Assembly (NCBI GenBank): GCA_963663965.2 | Contig: CAXXFK010000032.1 | Span: forward strand, 64,001-128,000 | Direction: 5' to 3' | DNA length: 64,000 nucleotides | From: Sedimentisphaerales bacterium | Lineage (GTDB): Bacteria; Planctomycetota; Phycisphaerae; Sedimentisphaerales; SM23-30 | In this document: piece after piece, positions 22,398-31,946 of the stretch | How the letters are laid out: each line of letters begins with the position of its first letter | How positions within the stretch are numbered: the stretch's first letter is position 1 | Notes under the pieces: model-generated | Database searches by the model: none | Seen by the model: the letters and a program-made list of their open reading frames with translations, nothing else | Told to the model about the DNA's origin: nothing | Translations under genes and position numbers: made by a program

Positions 22398-22515
22398 ACA
22401 ACCTCTTCTATTGACTGGCGTAATCTATACTATAATCTTTCAACTCTTTGTTTTCTTAGCAAGCTTTTTGTTCTGACATTTTATAAGTATATTAATTTGA
22501 ATTCCTTATAGACTG

Positions 22516-22611
22516 CTTACAATTGAAAGTGCCCGCTGGGCCGTGATATAAGTTCTACATGAGTAAAAATTATCTTGCGAGCGATCGAGAATTATCATAC
22601 CCATTGGGTAT
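22516..22611. repeat. dispersed ~95-bp intergenic element, copy 1
   Basis: TTGAA..CCCGCTGGGCCG...GAGT...GCGAGCGA...ATACCCATTGGGTAT; aligns by eye with 30044-30139 and 62505-62600. Confidence 0.8.
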
Positions 22612-22745
22612 ACATCAAAATCGTTACCTTGAACTTTTTATCCTGTTGATCCTGTAATCCTGTCAAAATGGCTGTTAATCTTCGTGGCTTCGTGACTTTG
22701 TGTGAACTATTTCTTCTTTGGTTGCGGCTTGACTGCCCTGTATCA

Positions 22746-24590
22746 TCAATACTGCTTCGTCTGGCATTCCGGACAGAACCGGCTATCCGCCGGAATCGAT
22801 TTCTTACACTTGACACAGGTCTTTTCCGCACTGGGTTGCTGCGGATTGATCACTACCGGCGCGCCGATCCCGCCGGCCCCGGCCACCACGGTCTGCCCTG
22901 CCGGCATCGGCGCCTGCGCCCGGGTGGCCGCTGTCCAGCCCATCTGACCCATCGCCGTATTCATCATCCGCTCCAGCCGGTCGGCATGTTCGCGGCTGGT
23001 CTGCTGCTGCTGAGCCATGAACTGCTGCATCTGCTGGGTCTGCTGACTGTTGATCAATGCCTCCGCCTTGTATTTTTCCACCAGCACCTGCGCCACATGC
23101 GGGCTGTCTGCCGCCGTCAACGCGATTAACTGGTCCGGACTTAGTTTTTCTTTGATCCGCAGTTCTTCCAGCCGGGCAATCCGGTCGGCCGCCGGACCAT
23201 CCAATATCGCCATCAGCGCCTGGGCCGACGCCTCCGAGAACTGCTTCAGCTTCAATCCCTCATTTTCCACCCGCGCCTTTTCCTCCGCGATGGTCATCTG
23301 CTCATCTTTATGATCCAGATCGATCAACCGCTCCACCACACCCAGGTGATCATGCCTCTCCTTCATATCCTGCTGATGATCATCCACCCGGATGGTTCGG
23401 TCTGCGTTGGCATCTTCAACCTTCTGGGTACGGTCAAATTCCTTCTGTTTCCCTTTTAACCCCAACTGCGAATCCAGTTCTTTATGGGCCTCCTCCCGGC
23501 GCGCGTCATTGGCAATCCCTTCGATCTCGATCCGGTTCAGTAGAATTGCCATCTCCCGGTTTTGCTCAAATTGCCGTTTGAGCCGGTCCATCTCATCATC
23601 CCGGATCAGGTCTTTCAGCCCCAGTTCATGTTCCGTCTGACGCAGAAAATCTTCCAGATCGCTGGCTGTCTTGATCTGGCTCATCTTCTCGGCGCTTTCC
23701 TCTTTCCGCAACCGCTGGGTCAGCTTCAACCGGTCAATATCGATATCCGCGTTGCGGGTCTCCACGTAAAGTTCCGACTCCCGTTCACGGATCGGATCAT
23801 AGGTCGGACAGAAAAAGTCCACAAATCGTAACTGGACCATTTCCAGTCCGATCCGCTCCAGGATCGGTTCAACCGCCAGTTGCATCTGCCGTTCCACCTC
23901 CGGCCGCAAGGCCGTATTGCCATACAGATCTTCCACCGAATGCCCGCCGACGTAAGTCTGCAACGCGCCGCGGATCTCATCCGCCAGCGATCCGGCCAGG
24001 TACCCCACCGATAAAATATTCCGCCCTTTAAATGCGTTGGTATAAAACCGCTCCGGTTCGCGCAAACACACCACCGCCTTGAATGAAGCGTCCACATCCA
24101 CCTGCTCTCGGCTGTGCAGTTTCAACGCGTCCAGATGCAGCGTCACATCCCCCGCGTCAATCAACACCACCGAAGTGGGCGTTGTCTGGTTAAAATGGTT
24201 CACCCGTTTCAAAAATCCATTCACATCGTATCGTCCCGGATCGACCGTCCCGCAAAAGCGCCCCTGCTGAAAAATCAGCGCGCTGGTGCCATGCTCGACA
24301 ATCAGCCCCTTGTTCAGAAAGCCCTTGACATCGCATTCCTGAATCCGGATGGCATAATCCTCTTCTTCACGCACCCACCGGTTATTGAACAACCGTTCTT
24401 TCCCCAACTCGCTCTGGTCAGCCCCGCATTTCCAGCAGAACTTCGCGGTCGACCCGATGGTCGACCCGCACCGCCCGCAATTGGTATCAGCATGTGTGGC
24501 CGGAGTTCCGCAATGGCGGCAAAAACTAGCCGTCCGTAAAATCGGCCGTCGGCATTCCGGATTCGTACATCGATTGGAAAAAAGTCCCAT
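22746..24590 (-). CDS. double zinc-ribbon + SPFH/band-7-like + coiled-coil + zinc-ribbon protein
   Basis: N-terminal CxxxxC/CxxC x4; LIVEHGTSALIFQQG...PGRY (SPFH_9-like); long charged coiled coil; C-terminal CVKC...FCPEC. Confidence 0.8.
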   Translation of the reverse strand: MGLFSNRCTNPECRRPILRTASFCRHCGTPATHADTNCGRCGSTIGSTAKFCWKCGADQSELGKERLFNNRWVREEEDYAIRIQECDVKGFLNKGLIVEHGTSALIFQQGRFCGTVDPGRYDVNGFLKRVNHFNQTTPTSVVLIDAGDVTLHLDALKLHSREQVDVDASFKAVVCLREPERFYTNAFKGRNILSVGYLAGSLADEIRGALQTYVGGHSVEDLYGNTALRPEVERQMQLAVEPILERIGLEMVQLRFVDFFCPTYDPIRERESELYVETRNADIDIDRLKLTQRLRKEESAEKMSQIKTASDLEDFLRQTEHELGLKDLIRDDEMDRLKRQFEQNREMAILLNRIEIEGIANDARREEAHKELDSQLGLKGKQKEFDRTQKVEDANADRTIRVDDHQQDMKERHDHLGVVERLIDLDHKDEQMTIAEEKARVENEGLKLKQFSEASAQALMAILDGPAADRIARLEELRIKEKLSPDQLIALTAADSPHVAQVLVEKYKAEALINSQQTQQMQQFMAQQQQTSREHADRLERMMNTAMGQMGWTAATRAQAPMPAGQTVVAGAGGIGAPVVINPQQPSAEKTCVKCKKSIPADSRFCPECQTKQY

Positions 24591-24661
24591 GATTAACTCC
24601 TGAGTTCAGTTTTATTTTTCGAATGGTTCATAGCGGCACAATCACGTCGCCACAGCCAACA

Positions 24662-25810
24662 TTAACGCGGCGTCATAACCGATTTCATCATGCCCTTCAA
24701 TATCAACAACACAACGATACCGCCGATGACACCGCCAATAATCCAGACCCGTTTATCGTTCTGGGCGTTATCAACAATATCAAATGTGTCCAGCGGCCCC
24801 GATACCGTCAACAGATCAGGCGCCGGACTCCACAGGATCTCGCCGCTGTTCGCGTCCATCAGATAGAATGACAGCCGGACAAAAACCTGGTATTTATTCT
24901 TATCCACTCGTGCTTCATGAACCGTCCCATACAAAATCGCGTCACAACCCTTGTCTTTAGCAAAGGCGCACATCTTGGTACTGTCCATTGTATCCGCATT
25001 CAACTGAGTCCATTTAATCTCATTCAAGAACGTTTGCCACTCGCCACTGGAAGTTGGAATCGGCTTATAAGCGCTGCCGGCCAGTTGCCCTTGAACCGTA
25101 TCAGTGATCGCCCGGCCGGGATCGTTACCCCAGAATGGCAGCACGGCGAAATTTTTGATACTTAACGACTTGCTTTCCAGATCAGCCAACGCCTGTTGCG
25201 CGGCTTTCTGAATCGCTTTCACTAACGCCGGATTCAACACCACCGGTTGATCCGGGGTAATATCACCCGTCAAAGGTTTCGTTTTGACTATCTCCTGACT
25301 GCTCCACATCACCTCACCGGTCTCGACATCACCCAGGAACAGAATCAAACGGGTAATCGCCATTTGCTTATTGCTATCGGCCCCGCTTTCACGAACGGTA
25401 CCATAAATCACACCCTGGCACCCTTCAATCCGGCCAAACGATTTGATGGTATCAGGATTCATAATATCGGCCCGCTTGTCGCGCCATTCGATTTCACTCA
25501 GCAGACTGTTCCAGTCCTCTGTATTACGCTCCATCACTCGAAAAGGCCCACCGGCCAGCGCCGCCTTCACTGATTGGGCAATATAATCCTTATTGCCTTC
25601 TCCCCATAACGGCAGTATGGCGATATTCATCGTCCCGTCAACCGTTAACCCCTTCAACTGGCTGGCTGCTTCATTCGCCGCCTCTTTGATAGTCAAATCC
25701 AGCGCCCGGTCCAGATCGGCCTGATCATAATTCTGGGCGCCAACCGGCAGACAATAGAACGCAGCTAACATTAAAACAACCGCTCGAAATATGGCAGATG
25801 ACTTTGTCAT
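24662..25810 (-). CDS. exported protein with tandem CsgG/LpoB-like domains and C-terminal TM anchor
   Basis: Signal peptide; internal duplication (IAILPLWG...CQGVIYGTV...TGEVMWS / FAVLPFWG...CDAILYGTV...SGEILWS); WIIGGVIGGIVVLLIL + basic tail. Confidence 0.75.
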   Translation of the reverse strand: MTKSSAIFRAVVLMLAAFYCLPVGAQNYDQADLDRALDLTIKEAANEAASQLKGLTVDGTMNIAILPLWGEGNKDYIAQSVKAALAGGPFRVMERNTEDWNSLLSEIEWRDKRADIMNPDTIKSFGRIEGCQGVIYGTVRESGADSNKQMAITRLILFLGDVETGEVMWSSQEIVKTKPLTGDITPDQPVVLNPALVKAIQKAAQQALADLESKSLSIKNFAVLPFWGNDPGRAITDTVQGQLAGSAYKPIPTSSGEWQTFLNEIKWTQLNADTMDSTKMCAFAKDKGCDAILYGTVHEARVDKNKYQVFVRLSFYLMDANSGEILWSPAPDLLTVSGPLDTFDIVDNAQNDKRVWIIGGVIGGIVVLLILKGMMKSVMTPR

Positions 25811-25823
25811 GATTAACTCCTTC

Positions 25824-26780
25824 TTATTGAGGTATCGCCGTCTTATCGGTTTCCAGACCGGTCTTGTCCAAACGGGTCACTTTTAAATGAATGGTATCCA
25901 ATTGTTCCAGGTAAGCCGCAAGGTTATCTTTGATACCGGCGTCCATTCTTACCCAGAACAACGCCCGGCCGGTTTGCGAATCCCAACTGATCCTCGAAAC
26001 CGATTTGACTCCCGGCAACTTCTGTAATTCCGTCTCGATATAATCAACATACTTAACTCGTTTCAGGCCATCCACCTGAATCCTGCGCACCAATACCCCA
26101 CTTCCACTTTTTCGTAGAATCTCATAACTGAGTTCACCCGCCAATTCCTCCCCACACTTCTGGACCGTATTTTTCACAGCCTGGGACTGGTTGGTCGTAC
26201 GCTTACCGTATACATAAACATCTTTGGAAGCCAATACCTCGTTTCCGACAATCTGCAACACTTTGCCATCCGCTTCCGCTTCATAAAGATAATAATTGCC
26301 AAACTTATCCTTCTGGTCAACTCTCGTTAATCGGGCCAGAACCATTAAGTCAGCGTCATATTCATCCGCCAGACGTTCTACCGTTTCCGGCCGGGGGTTG
26401 TATCCCGGACATTTGTAAAAATCGAGAACCCGGTAATTCAAATTGACAAAATGACGCTTGATCTCATCCTTGAGATCATCCGCACCCGACTCGCCATCAC
26501 AACAGATCAACAGACGCAATAAGTCCAGCTTGGCCTGGTATACCAGATTACTTTCCTGATCACTAGATATAATATCGCCTGAATTATTATCTGGCCGCAA
26601 GATCGGATCGTCATTCTTTTTCGTTTCAACCGGTGTCGGTAAAATCGGAGGTTCCGTTTCCGGTTGGGTGACGACTCGAGGGTCCTGATAATCCGGTGTC
26701 CGTGGCTTACTACTGCCGCACCCACCGATAAATAATACCGTCAGTACAATACCCAAAGACAACACACACTTTTTCATCAC
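25824..26780 (-). CDS. putative lipoprotein
   Basis: Lipobox FIGGC, Pro-rich linker, AAGGAG RBS. Confidence 0.7.
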   Translation of the reverse strand: MMKKCVLSLGIVLTVLFIGGCGSSKPRTPDYQDPRVVTQPETEPPILPTPVETKKNDDPILRPDNNSGDIISSDQESNLVYQAKLDLLRLLICCDGESGADDLKDEIKRHFVNLNYRVLDFYKCPGYNPRPETVERLADEYDADLMVLARLTRVDQKDKFGNYYLYEAEADGKVLQIVGNEVLASKDVYVYGKRTTNQSQAVKNTVQKCGEELAGELSYEILRKSGSGVLVRRIQVDGLKRVKYVDYIETELQKLPGVKSVSRISWDSQTGRALFWVRMDAGIKDNLAAYLEQLDTIHLKVTRLDKTGLETDKTAIPQ

Positions 26781-26802
26781 AGGCTCCTTCTATTTAATAT
26801 AA

Positions 26803-27192
26803 TTATTTGCGTTTACTACCCTTACCGCCAGCCTCTTCAGTCTTATCTTGATGACTCTGGCAACGTTTGATCTTATTTACCCCAAAACATTCAGCACACA
26901 ATGCCGCCTGACACACCTCGCACCGCCCCTTGATTCCCAGTTCACTGACGATTTTCTCGCCACACCCCCCACATCGAATATCCATCATAGCGATATGATC
27001 CTGTCCCCTTACCTCACGATAAACATGCTGCTTTTGCTGTTCAATATAGGCCGCCAGATCGTCCGACGATACTCGATAGACGCGTCCTATCCGCGCGGCA
27101 GGGATCTCTCCACTCCGTACCAGCTTGTAAGCTGATTTATATTCAAGATTTAAGTACTCGGCAACCTCTTCGATTGTCATCAATTTGTCCAT
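26803..27192 (-). CDS. excisionase-type HTH protein with C-terminal Cys-rich zinc finger
   Basis: LMTIEEVAEYL...YKLVRSGEIPAARIGRVYRV; CGGC...CEVC...CAEC...C..H. Confidence 0.85.
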   Translation of the reverse strand: MDKLMTIEEVAEYLNLEYKSAYKLVRSGEIPAARIGRVYRVSSDDLAAYIEQQKQHVYREVRGQDHIAMMDIRCGGCGEKIVSELGIKGRCEVCQAALCAECFGVNKIKRCQSHQDKTEEAGGKGSKRK

Positions 27193-27485
27193 GTAGTCTT
27201 CCTTATATACCGGTTAACTCCGGACTCCCCTGGTCCGATATCCATAAGTGACCAGGCTATTACATTTCTCTTCATTTACTGACATTGGAATTATAACCTA
27301 CAATCGGCTATTTGGCAACCTTTTATTTCATTTATTTTGATTTTACTTACTTTTATTTCCCTAAAATTACACATAACCAAGCCTGTATCGTTTTCCTCAT
27401 CATCATTTCTACTGGATAAAATTAAATTAAATACATCTTATTTGGATTACATCTTCATAACCGGCATTGATTCTTTCCTGAGTTT

Positions 27486-30035
27486 TTATTGATTTTGATC
27501 GTCGATCAAAATGACCCTGAATCCGGTCTCATCATTTTTCTCACCCGGTTTCTCCCGGCTGCGCTCTGCCGCTCGGCAATTCAGCGCTTTAGTTTTCCAG
27601 GAACCGCCCCGCACCACTCGATAATCCCCCTGCGATACGGCCGGAGGATCGACCACCAGTTCCTGTGTATCATATTTGTCCCGATACCCATCCAGACACC
27701 ACTCCCAGACACTGCCATGCATATCACAGACGCCCCACGCGTTAGGCTTCTTTCGCCCGCCTTTATCCAGGTACGGCCTGCTGTAATCCGCGAACTGACT
27801 CAACTGAACATCGTCATCCCCGCAGCTATACCGGGTCGAACTGCCGGCCCGGCACACATATTCCCATTGCGCTTCTGTCGGCAAACTATAAGATTTTCCT
27901 TCCATTTCGCTCAATTTCTGACAAAACTGCACCGCCTCCTTCCAACTGACATTATTGGCCGGATTTTTATCGCCCCGAAAATTGCTGTCGTTATACCCCA
28001 TCACCCGGCGAAACTGCTCCTGCGTCACTTCACATACCCCAATATAAAACCCCTTGCTCAGCCTGACTTTATGTTGAGGCCCCTCATCGGCATCTCGCCC
28101 CGGCTCATTATTCGGCGAACCCATCAGATAGTCTCCTCTGGGTATCCAGATCAATTCCATTCCAATCGAATTAACCGCCGTTTCTCCCGCCTGAGGCGAA
28201 GCGCTGTCAACAATCAACGCCTTTAAAGCCAACCCCTGGGCATGAGTGCCATCCAGCGCCAGCAATGTATCCAATGTGCTCAGCGCTTCGGAAACCTGAC
28301 CCGAATTAAAACTCCCCTGCGCCTGTTTCCACAGCGCCTCCTTATATTGCTCCTGCGAATACCGTTCTACCTCCGGAATAAGCGTCATCGCCTTGCCGTA
28401 ATTCTCCAACGCCTTCTGATAATCCTGACCTGAGTTACTGGCGTTATTTAAAAACCCTTGCAACGCCTTCCATTTATCCCCGCCATAAGTCTCCCATAGT
28501 TTCAAATCATATCCCTTCAACGCCTCTTCACAACTGTGCCTGGCATCCACCACCATTTCTTTTAATTGAGCCTGTTTTACGGCTATTCGCTCTTTAGCCA
28601 GACCCGGCAACTTCAAATATAACTTTTCAGCCTTGCTATATAGCTCTGCGGCTTTGACATAATCGCCTCCCATATTTTTAGCCTGCGCCATCAATTGGCC
28701 CGCCTCGGTCAATTCCCCAGCACATTCCGCCTTCACCTGATCCGACAGCGCCAGTAACATTGCCCTCTCAGCCTTACCCCGATTCAATTCCATAACATTC
28801 TGCAAGCGCACCATCTCAGGATCAGGCCCCGGCACGGGCTCCGGGAGTATTGGTTGAGTATCAGGAATATTATTTTCAGAACGATCCGGGCTCGCACTCG
28901 TAATGGGTTCTGTTGACTCTTGTTGACCGTCGTTTGCTCCCGGCTTCACATAATTCTCCGATGGAGAAATAACCAAGTTCTCCGATGAGGGTGTATGAAC
29001 TTCCTGATGAACGACTTCCTGATTACCTTGCTCTCCGGCAATAATACCATTCTGTTTTAATACCCAGAACGCCCCGGCAATCCCAACCAGCGCCAGAACA
29101 ATCAAAACAGCAGCCAACCGCCCCCCTTTACCTGCGTTAATACCACGTAATGCCTGCACTAACTCTTCTGAGTCATATCGCTCCTCCGGTTTATCGCGCA
29201 AACACTTCGCCACAATCTCATCCCAGCGCGGATTCAATCCGGCCACTTCCTTAGTCGGTGGATTCGCGATTCCGACCGGCCGGCGCCCCGTCAGCAACCG
29301 ATAGGCCATCACCCCAAATGAATAAATATCGCTGCGTTCATCCGCCGGCAAGCCATCATGCTGCTCCGGCGACATATAGTCATAAGTTCCCAGGATCCCC
29401 GACGATCCCGCGCTGGCTCCTCGTCCGCTGTCGATTGTCGGCTGCCCGTTCAAGGTATTCACCATCGTTGGCCGGCCATTCAGTGTTCGCTCCGGCCTCA
29501 ATGAATTGTGTATCTGAGACATAATAAAATCCGAGCCCACTGCCCGCGCCAGGCCAAAATCGGTCAGCTTCACCATCCCATCCCGCGTCAGCAGAATATT
29601 CGCCGGCTTGATATCCCGGTGTACCACGCCCCGTTTATGCGCATACGCCAGCGCTCCCGCGATCTGCACTAGCCACCGGTATGCCTGGTCCGGATCCAGC
29701 CGGCTGTGGCTCTTTTCTTTGATCATATCATGCAACGAACAGGACTCACCGGCCGGCCCCTCCACATAATCCATCACCAGGTAATAGATCCCTTCATGTT
29801 CGCCAATATGATGCACCCGGACAATATTCGGATGATCCAGTTCACTCATCACCCGTGCCTCATCGAAAAACCGATGCCGGAAATCCGGCCGCTTCGCCAG
29901 TTCGTCCGGCATGACTTTCAAGGCGTAGATCTTCTTATGATGGACATTCTCAGCCAGATAGACCTGCCCCATTCCTCCGGCGCCGATGGATTTCAATACC
30001 CGGTAATCACCAATACATTGTCCAATAAGTTCCAT
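27486..30035 (-). CDS. membrane Ser/Thr kinase with C-terminal FGE-sulfatase domain
   Basis: IGAGGMG, HRDIKPAN, DFGLAR, GTYDYMSPEQ; TM; LPTEAQWEY, DMHGSVWEW, RGGSW, GFRV. Confidence 0.93.
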   Translation of the reverse strand: MELIGQCIGDYRVLKSIGAGGMGQVYLAENVHHKKIYALKVMPDELAKRPDFRHRFFDEARVMSELDHPNIVRVHHIGEHEGIYYLVMDYVEGPAGESCSLHDMIKEKSHSRLDPDQAYRWLVQIAGALAYAHKRGVVHRDIKPANILLTRDGMVKLTDFGLARAVGSDFIMSQIHNSLRPERTLNGRPTMVNTLNGQPTIDSGRGASAGSSGILGTYDYMSPEQHDGLPADERSDIYSFGVMAYRLLTGRRPVGIANPPTKEVAGLNPRWDEIVAKCLRDKPEERYDSEELVQALRGINAGKGGRLAAVLIVLALVGIAGAFWVLKQNGIIAGEQGNQEVVHQEVHTPSSENLVISPSENYVKPGANDGQQESTEPITSASPDRSENNIPDTQPILPEPVPGPDPEMVRLQNVMELNRGKAERAMLLALSDQVKAECAGELTEAGQLMAQAKNMGGDYVKAAELYSKAEKLYLKLPGLAKERIAVKQAQLKEMVVDARHSCEEALKGYDLKLWETYGGDKWKALQGFLNNASNSGQDYQKALENYGKAMTLIPEVERYSQEQYKEALWKQAQGSFNSGQVSEALSTLDTLLALDGTHAQGLALKALIVDSASPQAGETAVNSIGMELIWIPRGDYLMGSPNNEPGRDADEGPQHKVRLSKGFYIGVCEVTQEQFRRVMGYNDSNFRGDKNPANNVSWKEAVQFCQKLSEMEGKSYSLPTEAQWEYVCRAGSSTRYSCGDDDVQLSQFADYSRPYLDKGGRKKPNAWGVCDMHGSVWEWCLDGYRDKYDTQELVVDPPAVSQGDYRVVRGGSWKTKALNCRAAERSREKPGEKNDETGFRVILIDDQNQ

Positions 30036-30043
30036 TATATACC

Positions 30044-30139
30044 TTTACTATTGAATTTTCCCGTTTGGCCGGGATATAAATACTTGACGAGTATATGTCA
30101 ACTTTCGAGCGATCAAGATGTTTCATACCCATCGGGTAC
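30044..30139. repeat. dispersed ~95-bp intergenic element, copy 2 (more diverged)
   Basis: TTGAA..CCCGTTTGGCCG...ACGAGT...CGAGCGATC...ATACCCATCGGGTAC. Confidence 0.7.
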
Positions 30140-30145
30140 CACCTG

Positions 30146-30982
30146 CTATTGGGTTTGATTAGCTTTCTGGTCTTTCTTGGGCTCCATATACATCTGATAG
30201 GCCAGGTTATAAACCATCTCCCTGTCCCCCACCCGTATCCGGTCTCCCGCCGCCAGCGGCATCAATTCAGCCGGATTCAACTTATATCCGTTCACCTCTA
30301 CACTCCCTTCACGACTCAGGGCTTCAAGATAGAAACAGCCGCGCGCGGTTACCAGCGCGGCATGAACCGGTAGAATACCATCCTGCTCAATCCGTAAAGC
30401 ACACCCGGCCTCACTGCCAATCAAGATCCGCCGATAGACGATCAGATACGATTCAGTCCCTGCCGGATCGTCTTCACCCAGAGTCGTCTTTCGTTCCAGG
30501 GCCAGACTCGAAACACCCGCCCGTCCGGCCGCCTGCCAGAGAAGATCACCGCCTGCTTCCAGTGCCTGCTCATAATCCTGCCATAAGACCGCATCACTAC
30601 AACTTGGATATAATCGCAGTGACATCTCAAATAAATTCGCCAAAATCATCTGGTTGCTTTCACTTCTTAAGATATTTCCTTCTCGTCCTGTCAGTCTGCC
30701 ATTAATTTCCAGACCGTTTTTGGCCTCGCCCGATTCGATCACCCGGGGTCCCTTATCCGTCAATTCAATCAGGCAATGCTGGCGTCCAATCTTCCCGGAT
30801 CGCCGATCGTTTTCTCCGCCTTGATCTGAGGGAAGACAGCGTATGATCATGTCACAGTCCCGATTTCGCCCCAGCGTCACGGTTTCAGCATTATATAGAA
30901 ATATCCGATTCAAGCCACAGGTGCCCGACATGGTCAGAGTCGCCTTCTTCTCATCCTTCTGCCATTGTAACTGATGTAACAC
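30146..30982 (-). CDS. double FHA-domain protein, possibly the 3' half of one gene with 31003-31854
   Basis: VTLGRNRDCD...IGRQHC...NGLEING; ILIGS...HA...VEVNG...GDRIRVG. The frame stays open upstream across the stop of the 31003 ORF. Confidence 0.8.
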   Translation of the reverse strand: MLHQLQWQKDEKKATLTMSGTCGLNRIFLYNAETVTLGRNRDCDMIIRCLPSDQGGENDRRSGKIGRQHCLIELTDKGPRVIESGEAKNGLEINGRLTGREGNILRSESNQMILANLFEMSLRLYPSCSDAVLWQDYEQALEAGGDLLWQAAGRAGVSSLALERKTTLGEDDPAGTESYLIVYRRILIGSEAGCALRIEQDGILPVHAALVTARGCFYLEALSREGSVEVNGYKLNPAELMPLAAGDRIRVGDREMVYNLAYQMYMEPKKDQKANQTQ

Positions 30983-31002
30983 CAGCCCGCGCCCCTTCTG
31001 AA

Positions 31003-31854
31003 CTACCGCCGCCGCGCCGGTCCATCCACCCAGACCGGATCAAATTGCAGCTTCAATAACTCAAAACTGGGACCCAGTCGCCTGTATTCACGTAAAAGCT
31101 CATCAAAATTCCGTACCTGGCCACGATCAACCAGCACCTGGATATTATTCTTGATCAGATTACTGTGGATATCCCCGCCACTGGCATTGCCGATATGCAC
31201 CATCTTGTCGATATCCATATTGATCGTATCGAGTTGCTGGTCTTTCTCGAATACCATGATCTGACCATCCGCCCAGAATGCCCTGGTCTGACCGTCTTTC
31301 ATCGCGATCACCCGGAACTCCACCAGCAGAAAACCCGAATCATCCGGCCGGACATGCAAAAGACCGGTTCCCGCTTCACAAGGCCGCAGACTGAAATTCT
31401 TGCACGCCACTCTCTCAAACAGCGGTCCCCCGACTTCCACTCGCACCCGTTCAAAAGGATCATTGGATAGATTCTCCACTTTGAATTCGATTACCCCCGC
31501 CTTCCCTTCCACGTACAACTGATTATAATTGATATACAGCGCCAACCCATCCGAATGAGACATGCCCATTCGAGCCAGGCATCCATCTCCGGCAGAATGA
31601 ACCTCAACAGACTTGCCATCGGCTATGGCCGGGTTTGTTGCCCTTGCCAGGCCATTTTCTTTATCATCATGATATTCAACCACCGGCGGTTGCCCTGACT
31701 CGGACAACGCCTCGCACCTCATCGCTTCGCAATCCGCCGGCGCAGACGTCGATCCTTTCGCTTCGACATTCCGCATCTTGAATCCGCAGAATTGACAAAA
31801 GTTATCTTCGGGATCAACCGGTTTTCCACATTGGGTACACTGATTCATAATCAT
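31003..31854 (-). CDS. zinc-ribbon + beta-sandwich hypothetical protein
   Basis: CTQCG...FCQFCG; central beta-rich Ig-like segment. Confidence 0.7.
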   Translation of the reverse strand: MIMNQCTQCGKPVDPEDNFCQFCGFKMRNVEAKGSTSAPADCEAMRCEALSESGQPPVVEYHDDKENGLARATNPAIADGKSVEVHSAGDGCLARMGMSHSDGLALYINYNQLYVEGKAGVIEFKVENLSNDPFERVRVEVGGPLFERVACKNFSLRPCEAGTGLLHVRPDDSGFLLVEFRVIAMKDGQTRAFWADGQIMVFEKDQQLDTINMDIDKMVHIGNASGGDIHSNLIKNNIQVLVDRGQVRNFDELLREYRRLGPSFELLKLQFDPVWVDGPARRR

Positions 31855-31946
31855 TTTCCTTATATATCCTGTTTGGCCTCACTCACGATTCCATCAATCC
31901 AGAAAGATACTTCTGGATTTAGGTAATCTATAAAAGAACAGCTATC

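Noticed and set aside
22635..22705. Short periodic repeats (ATCCTGT x3, CTTCGTG-like x3)
   Set aside because: Real but tiny low-complexity intergenic motifs; no function can be supported from this window.
26803..27192. Prophage or ICE marked by an excisionase
   Set aside because: No integrase, phage structural or conjugation genes and no att/tRNA site were seen.
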